Part shown: positions 17,978 through 25,139 of the stretch, piece after piece | How positions within the stretch are numbered: the first letter of the stretch is position 1 | Layout of the letters: each line of letters starts with the position of its first letter | IMG/VR virus record: IMGVR_UViG_3300037307_000349 | Coordinates: 1 to 42,577 of that record | Strand: one strand, 5' to 3' | DNA: 42,577 bases | From: a virus | Lineage: Duplodnaviria > Caudoviricetes | Notes under the pieces: model-generated | What the model saw: only the letters and a program-made list of their open reading frames with translations | The model's database searches: none | What the model was told of the DNA's origin: nothing | Translations under genes and position numbers: made by a program

Positions 17978-19274
17978 TCCTATTTCTGCATGTATGATAG
18001 TGCAAGATGAAGAAGTATGCGTACAAAGAGCCATTGACAGCGTGAAAGACTATGTAGACGAGATCATTATACTTGATGGTGGAAGTAATGATAAGACTAG
18101 GGAAATATGTTTGTCAAACGAAAAGGTCAAACTATTTAATGTTCCATTTAACCCGATTGCCGGAGATAGTTTCGCTACCCAAAAAAACAATGCAATAGAA
18201 AAGGCATCTAATGAATGGATATGGTTCATTGATGCTGATGAGTATTATAACGATTATGTAGGGCAAAGTCTTCAATATATGATTGATCCAAATATGAATG
18301 ATGGTGTTGATTGTTACGCTTTTTCAAGGAAAACTTTTATTGACGGCAGGCTTATGAACATTACAAACCAAGACTGGCAATATAGGCTATTCAAAAATTA
18401 TTGTAGGTTTCATGGTGTTATGCACGAAGGAGTAGTGGGCTTCAATAAAAATAGTTATTGTAATTTAGATATAATGCACTATAAAACAACCGAATGGCAA
18501 CACAAGGACAATGAGAGAGTGTGGAATATGGGCCAAGAACCTCCCGAGGGTTGGATAAAATTCAATGGTAAATGGGAATGGTTAGGCAATGGATATTCTG
18601 TGCCAGACACTAGATTTTGGTCAGAGGAAGAAAAAGTAAGAAAATCACGATGGTATACGTCTGAAACATCCAGAGAGTTATATAATACAATAATGCCAAT
18701 TGAACAACCGGAATTGCCGATAGAGGGATTAGGTTATTCTCCTGGCGAAATATTGATTAGAGATACGCTATCTGAAATGACAGGAATAAATTTATTGGAT
18801 ATTGGATGTGCTAATGGGCGATTTGGCATAGTCATGATGCGGGAAAATCGGATTAATTCATTAACTGGTATTGACATTTCTGACGAGGAAATAATAAGGG
18901 CAAAAGCTACGGCAATTAACGCAGGTGTTGATGCTACATTCATTCGTAGTGCTATTGAGGAGTTTCAACCACAGCAAAGATACAATGTTGTGGCCATAAA
19001 TGAAACCCTGGAACATTTGTATAATCCATTAATGGCGGTAAGATACATTATTGACAACTTCATGTCTAAAAATGCGATTCTGGTTGGAAATGTGCCTTAT
19101 ATTTTTGAATGTAATTGCGAACATCATTTACATTATTTTAGTATGAGTTCTTTGCGGCAGTTCTTTGAACAATTTTTTAACGATGTATTAATCAATAAGA
19201 AAAATTACTATGACAATATTCCTGACCATTATCCTGAATACCATTTAACCTTTATCTGTAGGGATGCAAAATGA
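17970..19274 (+). CDS. GT2 glycosyltransferase-SAM methyltransferase fusion
   Basis: N-terminal ISACMIVQDEE, WIWFIDADE, MHE; C-terminal LLDIGCANG, GIDIS, ETLEHL. Confidence 0.88.
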   Translation: MSNPISACMIVQDEEVCVQRAIDSVKDYVDEIIILDGGSNDKTREICLSNEKVKLFNVPFNPIAGDSFATQKNNAIEKASNEWIWFIDADEYYNDYVGQSLQYMIDPNMNDGVDCYAFSRKTFIDGRLMNITNQDWQYRLFKNYCRFHGVMHEGVVGFNKNSYCNLDIMHYKTTEWQHKDNERVWNMGQEPPEGWIKFNGKWEWLGNGYSVPDTRFWSEEEKVRKSRWYTSETSRELYNTIMPIEQPELPIEGLGYSPGEILIRDTLSEMTGINLLDIGCANGRFGIVMMRENRINSLTGIDISDEEIIRAKATAINAGVDATFIRSAIEEFQPQQRYNVVAINETLEHLYNPLMAVRYIIDNFMSKNAILVGNVPYIFECNCEHHLHYFSMSSLRQFFEQFFNDVLINKKNYYDNIPDHYPEYHLTFICRDAK

Positions 19275-20098
19275 GCAGTATTACTTTTGGTGCATTGTTG
19301 AATGTGTATAACGAAGAATTGTTATTGCCATATTGTCTTGAAGGATTGATGTCAGATATAGACCAGTGTATCATCATAAATGGTAGTGCTAATGGCCCGT
19401 CTAAAGATAAGTCAAAAAAAGTGATAGATAGCTATTTATCCTTATACCCAAACAAAATTAAATATTTTGAGGGTGCATTTACTAATCCTGATGGTTCTTG
19501 GGATGAATCAGAACAGGTCAATCTTGGATTTAGTAAGATAGAAACAGATTTTGTAATTAGAATACATGCAGATATTGTATTTGATTATGGGGAAATTGCG
19601 AAGATAAAATCCATACTTTCGCGATTTAGTCACAAAAAATTTATCTATTCATTCCAGAGAGATTTTTGGGTAGATACCGATCACATATTATTATATAATT
19701 TCCCTCTTGAAGTGCAATTACCACATCCAATAGCGAATGATCCAATAGCTATTGCTATGTCTGCGAAGCCAAGAGCTATTGATAATGAGAATGGAAAGTT
19801 TGGCGTGGTTGCAAATATAGACTGGCAGAATGATATTTTATGGCTTCCAGACATAAAGAAATATCATTTTGGATTTGTGAAGCCATTTAAATTGATGCTG
19901 GAAAAAGTTTATATTTCTATGCGAAAAGGTGATTGTTTTCCGTTGGATGGAGTGACAGATGAGCAAATAAATGAAAAGGCATACGCTCACGTAGAAGCAA
20001 TGATGAATGCCCCTTGCTATGATTACGCTGGTGAATACCCTCAAGTGGCTGAACCGATTAGGCATATCTCCATGCGTGATGGATATAAGGAATCTTAA
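19271..20098 (+). CDS. GT2-like glycosyltransferase, paralogue of 15371..16270
   Basis: LNVYNEE, GPSKD, DGSWD, IHAD, DFWVDT, KYHFGFVK align with the 15371 protein. Confidence 0.75.
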   Translation: MSSITFGALLNVYNEELLLPYCLEGLMSDIDQCIIINGSANGPSKDKSKKVIDSYLSLYPNKIKYFEGAFTNPDGSWDESEQVNLGFSKIETDFVIRIHADIVFDYGEIAKIKSILSRFSHKKFIYSFQRDFWVDTDHILLYNFPLEVQLPHPIANDPIAIAMSAKPRAIDNENGKFGVVANIDWQNDILWLPDIKKYHFGFVKPFKLMLEKVYISMRKGDCFPLDGVTDEQINEKAYAHVEAMMNAPCYDYAGEYPQVAEPIRHISMRDGYKES

Positions 20099-20099
20099 C

Positions 20100-20642
20100 A
20101 TGAGCGAACAGAGTTATTTTCCATTTTTGTCCGATTTTCTTAAGAGCCATAAAATCAATTTGAATAGTTATATGGAAATAGGTGTCTGCGAGGGGAATTG
20201 CGTAAAACATCTCATTAAGGAATTTCCAGATATTCAAAATATAGTTCTGTGTGACACATGGGGAGATACTTATGGTGGTAGTAATAGAAGTAATCATGAA
20301 CACATATCGGAAATTTTTGAATCCGAGGGGTTTCCCTTAGAAAGAGTGTTATTTTTGGATGGCAATTCGCGAGATAGAATCCCTGAATTTTTTGAATCAC
20401 ATCAATTGTTATTAGATGTGATTTTTGTTGATGGCGATCATTCTCTTTTGGGTTGTCTGATCGACATAACAAATTGTATAAAATATTGCAATATTTTAAT
20501 TGTTCACGATGTTAGACATCCCTTATATGGTCATCTTAAAGGATTATGCTATAGTTTTTTTGATACGATAAAGGATGAATTTATAATGGTAGATAATGGG
20601 GAGTATATAATTTACTTTATTAGGAAGGATTTATTTTTGTGA
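20100..20642 (+). CDS. SAM methyltransferase (Methyltransf_24-like)
   Basis: YMEIGVCEG, CDTW, GNS, DVIFVDGDHS, IVHD; ATG at 20100. Confidence 0.88.
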   Translation: MSEQSYFPFLSDFLKSHKINLNSYMEIGVCEGNCVKHLIKEFPDIQNIVLCDTWGDTYGGSNRSNHEHISEIFESEGFPLERVLFLDGNSRDRIPEFFESHQLLLDVIFVDGDHSLLGCLIDITNCIKYCNILIVHDVRHPLYGHLKGLCYSFFDTIKDEFIMVDNGEYIIYFIRKDLFL

Positions 20643-20771
20643 ATTGTAATGATAACAAAAATAAAGATTGGCCAATTATAATTTTGCAGAAATTCAACTT
20701 CCAGAAGAGTTTTATATACTACCTAATGATTCGTGGATATGTTCATTTCATACATTGTTTCTTGAAAGATT

Positions 20772-22103
20772 ATGAAAGCATTATTTGTAACTGATGATTA
20801 CATTATAGACCCTCTTGGAATTGCGTGGCTTTCTGCTTATCTAAAAGATGCAGGACATGAGACGGAAATCGTTAAGACTAAGAAGGACGACATTTACGAT
20901 AGAATAGCTAGAGCTTCGACAGATATGTTCTGCTATTCTGTCACCACTGGAAAGCATGTCTATTTCCGGGAATTAAATAAGAAAATCAAGCAAAGGTTCT
21001 CCGGGTTGTCTATTTTTGGCGGGGCGCATCCGACATTATTTCCTGAGTTTGCTAAAGAACCAGAAGTGGATTTGGCTGTTATGGGTGAAGGCTTCGATAC
21101 AATAGTAGATATTGCCAACGCGTATCAAGTAGCCGCTCCAATGGAAAATATACCAAATGTTATTATTAAGGATAAGATAAATTCTGTCAGACCGTTAAAG
21201 GATAAGACAGATTTGCTCCGACCAGATAGAGATTTGATTTATAGTTATCCTGAGAATTACCATAATCCGATAAAGAATATAATGGCAAGTTTCTTTTGTC
21301 CGTATAGTTGCCCATATTGCGGTAACTATAAATATAAGGATATGTATAATATCAAAAAAGCGCAATTGCGTCCAGTAGATGATGTGATAGATGAAGCTTT
21401 GAAACTAAAGGATTATCCATTAGACTTGATATTCTTTCAGGATGATATTTTCCCGATTTATAAAAGGGAATGGATCGATATGTTCTGTAATCAATATTCA
21501 CAGGTGAATGTTCCTTTTCATGTTCAAACAAGAGTAGAATTTATTAACTCTGATGTTATCCGGCAATTAGAACAAGCGGGATTGCATAGTGTAACCTTCG
21601 CTATAGAATCGGGGAATCAAAGGTTAAGAGATGAAATCCTGGAACGCAAAATGTCTGATGAAATGATAATCAAGGCATCCGAGATTCTTCACAAACATGG
21701 TGTCAAATTCAGAACCGAAAATATGATAGGAATACCACAGGAAACGATGGAGACAGCCATGCAGACACTTGACCTGAATATAAAGTGCAGACCAACGATT
21801 GCATGGGCGTCTTTATTTCAGCCTTATCCAGGTACTAAACTAGGGGAACAGTGCATCAATGAAGGATTATTTGACGGCAATCTGGATAACATTAAAGAGA
21901 GCTTCTTTGATGAATATAAAATTAAAACCAAATATGCTACTAAGTTTGATAGGTTACAAAAATTATTCTCATTTATTGCAAAGTATAAATTCCTGAGGCC
22001 ATTTACTAAAATGCTAATATCTTTACCGATAAATTATTCTAAAGTCTATAAAAGGATAAAAGGGAAATTATACAAAGAGCTATACGCGGTGCGACAATGC
22101 TAA
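20772..22103 (+). CDS. Cobalamin-binding radical SAM protein (class B-type)
   Basis: PLGIAWLSAYLK, GGAHPT, GEG, CPYSCPYC (CxxxCxxC), FQDDIF, AIESG, PYPGT. Confidence 0.93.
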   Translation: MKALFVTDDYIIDPLGIAWLSAYLKDAGHETEIVKTKKDDIYDRIARASTDMFCYSVTTGKHVYFRELNKKIKQRFSGLSIFGGAHPTLFPEFAKEPEVDLAVMGEGFDTIVDIANAYQVAAPMENIPNVIIKDKINSVRPLKDKTDLLRPDRDLIYSYPENYHNPIKNIMASFFCPYSCPYCGNYKYKDMYNIKKAQLRPVDDVIDEALKLKDYPLDLIFFQDDIFPIYKREWIDMFCNQYSQVNVPFHVQTRVEFINSDVIRQLEQAGLHSVTFAIESGNQRLRDEILERKMSDEMIIKASEILHKHGVKFRTENMIGIPQETMETAMQTLDLNIKCRPTIAWASLFQPYPGTKLGEQCINEGLFDGNLDNIKESFFDEYKIKTKYATKFDRLQKLFSFIAKYKFLRPFTKMLISLPINYSKVYKRIKGKLYKELYAVRQC

Positions 22104-22233
22104 TATTAAATGCAATTCAATCTATATTTTTGAAAATAATTTGTATAGTGCCAATCTGGAAACTGACTAATTCGTCTCCATCATTTTCCATAGGATATGG
22201 ATATAGTGTTTCTTCAACAACGGAATAACGACA

Positions 22234-23730
22234 ATGAATAGATTATTTTTTAAGCATTGGATTAAAGATCGTTACAATATACCGCGAGATCGCAATGATG
22301 GGTTATTGAGCGATTTAATAATCCACGATTGTATAAATGATGCTATAAAGCAGGTTGCAGATGATTGCCACGCGCTACCTGTTATTAAACGATTTCCTAT
22401 CCGGGCAGGCCAGTGGAAATACCCAATGCCTGAAGATGTGATCCGCATCGCTGAGTTATATTTTATAGATAGCGATGGGACAAGAGTGCCGCTTGATTAC
22501 TGTTCAAGAGAGCAATTTCTTGCCTGGCGCGATCCAACAGATGATACGGCAACCGATCCGGAATATTACTCTTATGCTGAATTTGCTTCTAAGGTTATCC
22601 AATTTTACGGCAAGGCATTGCCAGTATATGACTATATCTCGTCATCACATATAACAAGCGGGACTATACGAACAGTTGTAGATACAGGGGCCAATTTTGG
22701 CTTGACACTTGACGGCACGCATATAGCTCCGGGATTTATTGTGCAAAATTTAACTGATGGCAGTTATGGTTATGTGGAAGTGCTTGACACAAATACAAAT
22801 AAAACGTCAGGCACGGCGACAACAGGCACTGGAAATAATTTATTAGAGGATACTGGAAAGAATTTCACATCATTGGGTGTAGAGGCGGGGGATATAATAT
22901 GCACACCATCTACAGGTGCAGTTACATCTTATGCCTTTGTAAAGACAGTCGGAACAACAACTCTGGTTTACGAGGACTATCATGATCCGGATGGAAGTAC
23001 CGCGAGATTTGCCGCCAATAATACATATAAAATTGGCAAGGCACAAAAAATCAGATTGTCAATGGATACTCCCCATCCCGGATTACGCGAGGGCGCGGCT
23101 AATGTTTTTACCGTTGGCACTGCTAAGGTGACAATAACAGGGACAACATTTACATCCACCAGCGTAACAGGATCATCAACAAGCGGCGCGGAGGTAGGGG
23201 ATACTGCCATAGCAAGCGGCGGTTCTCATGGTCAGGTTTCTGCTTTTGCGGCCAATTCGCTGACTGTGGATATGTGGATAGGTGGAACGCCATTAGCAGG
23301 TGAGACAGTCATCTGCTACGAATGTGATGAATACCAGATTGAAGGCGAATATCGGACTCAGCGTATGCTCTGGTTGGGGCCAACGCCGACAACATCAGAT
23401 ACTTTAGGCACTGAAAATATTGAAGTTTTGTATCATGCTTGTCCCGAATATCCGAAGAAGGATACGGATTTGATAGAATTGGATGAACATTACAGGGAAT
23501 TATTGCAAAAAGCTGTTGAGTGGAAAGCAGGGGAAAGAACAGGGAAGCAAGCCGCAGAAGTCGCGGCTTTGAAACAGCTTTATGATTTAGATGTCCGTAA
23601 ATATCAAGGTGATATTTACGGTCCGCCATTAAGGAGGCCCCTTACAGTTTGGGGTAATCGAAATCTGGCGGCACGGCGCGGAGTAAAAGACCAAACACCT
23701 AATGGTGTTAAATGGGATTTGCCCGCTTAA
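22234..23730 (+). CDS. Head-tail adaptor protein with a large internal insertion
   Basis: N-terminal INDAI...GQWKYPMPED...DPEYY and C-terminal LWLGPTP...EVLY...P...D...EHYRELL flank ~260 aa of Thr/Gly-rich sequence. Confidence 0.65.
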   Translation: MNRLFFKHWIKDRYNIPRDRNDGLLSDLIIHDCINDAIKQVADDCHALPVIKRFPIRAGQWKYPMPEDVIRIAELYFIDSDGTRVPLDYCSREQFLAWRDPTDDTATDPEYYSYAEFASKVIQFYGKALPVYDYISSSHITSGTIRTVVDTGANFGLTLDGTHIAPGFIVQNLTDGSYGYVEVLDTNTNKTSGTATTGTGNNLLEDTGKNFTSLGVEAGDIICTPSTGAVTSYAFVKTVGTTTLVYEDYHDPDGSTARFAANNTYKIGKAQKIRLSMDTPHPGLREGAANVFTVGTAKVTITGTTFTSTSVTGSSTSGAEVGDTAIASGGSHGQVSAFAANSLTVDMWIGGTPLAGETVICYECDEYQIEGEYRTQRMLWLGPTPTTSDTLGTENIEVLYHACPEYPKKDTDLIELDEHYRELLQKAVEWKAGERTGKQAAEVAALKQLYDLDVRKYQGDIYGPPLRRPLTVWGNRNLAARRGVKDQTPNGVKWDLPA

Positions 23731-23811
23731 TTTAGGCCAAACTCATTATGACAAGGCCGATTGACAGGGTGTAGTTGGCAATTGGCTACACATTGGATGG
23801 AGGGTACAACA

Positions 23812-24624
23812 ATGCCAGACGGAAGAAGAAGCAGAGGAACGCAGCGCGGAATGGGGATTATGGGTAAGTCTCTATTCCAGAGATTCAATTTAGAAATGGT
23901 TGACGGTGACCCAACAGGTTTTTTCAGAACTGAAAATACTCCCGCCGAAAGGCCATGGGCATATTTGCCAACCTTGCCAGCTATAGGTGCGCGCTTGCAC
24001 ATAAATCTATGGCAATTCAATAATGCTTATTGTGTAAATACAACTAATGTATGGACAGAAGCGGCTGTTGGCACAGGGACAGGGCTTACTATTCAGGATG
24101 CCAGAGGCGGCGTTGCTAAGTTTATCAATGGTGCAAGCGATAACGATTACTACACATATTTCAGCAAATATGAAGTCGCCAAATTGGTAGCAGGTAAGGG
24201 TCTTTGGCTACATGGGATATTTAATATCGCTGATGTAGATCAGGCGGACTGGTTCTTTGGGCTAACTGCCTTGCTTGGAAGCGGAAACTTATTTGATAAT
24301 AGAGTTGACGCGGTTGGATTCTATGGTGCAGATGGAAGTGCAAACATCAATTGTGAATGTACCAAGAATTCCACTGCAACGCAATCTACAGGCAAAGGAA
24401 CATTGACCGATTCAACGGATAAGGAGTTTTTGATATACGCCAATGGCACATCAGCGGTATATTTTTATTTGAGCAATGCCTCCGGCAGATTGGACTATGT
24501 TGCCACTATAACAACCAACCTCAATGATGATGAAACAATGGCAGTAGCTTTTGGTCTTCGTAATGGTCAGGCTTCGGCAAATAATATGACAACGGGTAGG
24601 GTATTGTTGTTGCAGGATGTATAA
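23812..24624 (+). CDS. Putative virion structural beta-sandwich protein
   Basis: GGAGGG SD then ATG at 23812; all-beta pattern; paralogous to the C-terminus of 25132..28020. Confidence 0.6.
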   Translation: MPDGRRSRGTQRGMGIMGKSLFQRFNLEMVDGDPTGFFRTENTPAERPWAYLPTLPAIGARLHINLWQFNNAYCVNTTNVWTEAAVGTGTGLTIQDARGGVAKFINGASDNDYYTYFSKYEVAKLVAGKGLWLHGIFNIADVDQADWFFGLTALLGSGNLFDNRVDAVGFYGADGSANINCECTKNSTATQSTGKGTLTDSTDKEFLIYANGTSAVYFYLSNASGRLDYVATITTNLNDDETMAVAFGLRNGQASANNMTTGRVLLLQDV

Positions 24625-24633
24625 TTATTATCA

Positions 24634-24661
24634 ATCTTGCCCGTCTTTGGGCGGGCAAGAT
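24634..24661 (+). terminator. Strong stem-loop
   Basis: ATCTTGCCCGTC-TTTG-GGCGGGCAAGAT. Confidence 0.55.
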
Positions 24662-24680
24662 ACTTAAATGAGTGATAAAT

Positions 24681-25139
24681 ATGATAGATAAGGATAAGGC
24701 CAGGAAAAAGATAGAGAGATGGCTTAAGAAAATACCAAAATCTGAGCATGATATACCATATTTCAAAATAGGGAATAGCTTCTTAACACCTGATGAGGCT
24801 ATTGCAATATTGAAGGATAAACCTAAAGAAAAAGATGCCGGCATTCAAGGGCTTTCTGCATCGGATGAAATTACTGACCAACTCGATTCAGGAACACCAA
24901 CTCCAATCGCCGTTGATACGCCAGAGGATTTGGTAATTGAGCAAGTTAAGGCACGTATACAGAAATTATCTCCTGAAGACCGTAATCAGGTCTGCGTGGG
25001 CAGATTAGGCCAGCCAGTCGCCTACTCAATGCAAGGATTATTAGACGCGATTAATGAGAATACAGCAGACGGCATAGAATTTAAAAATGCTATGGTCAAT
25101 TATTACAAGATTGTAATAAAAAGGTTAGAAAATGGGTAA
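24681..25139 (+). CDS. Small protein with two related halves; putative partner of the downstream protease
   Basis: ARKKIERWLKKIP...IG...LTPDEAIAIL resembles VIEQVKARIQKLS...VG...YSMQGLLDAI; stop overlaps the next start. Confidence 0.65.
   Translation: MIDKDKARKKIERWLKKIPKSEHDIPYFKIGNSFLTPDEAIAILKDKPKEKDAGIQGLSASDEITDQLDSGTPTPIAVDTPEDLVIEQVKARIQKLSPEDRNQVCVGRLGQPVAYSMQGLLDAINENTADGIEFKNAMVNYYKIVIKRLENG

Noticed and set aside
20643-20771. Possible decayed gene fragment between the methyltransferase and radical SAM genes
   Set aside because: Too short, with no motif I can support
12612-22103. Host LPS/capsule locus or prophage boundary
   Set aside because: Co-oriented and flanked on both sides by virion genes; no transporters, att site or integrase seen
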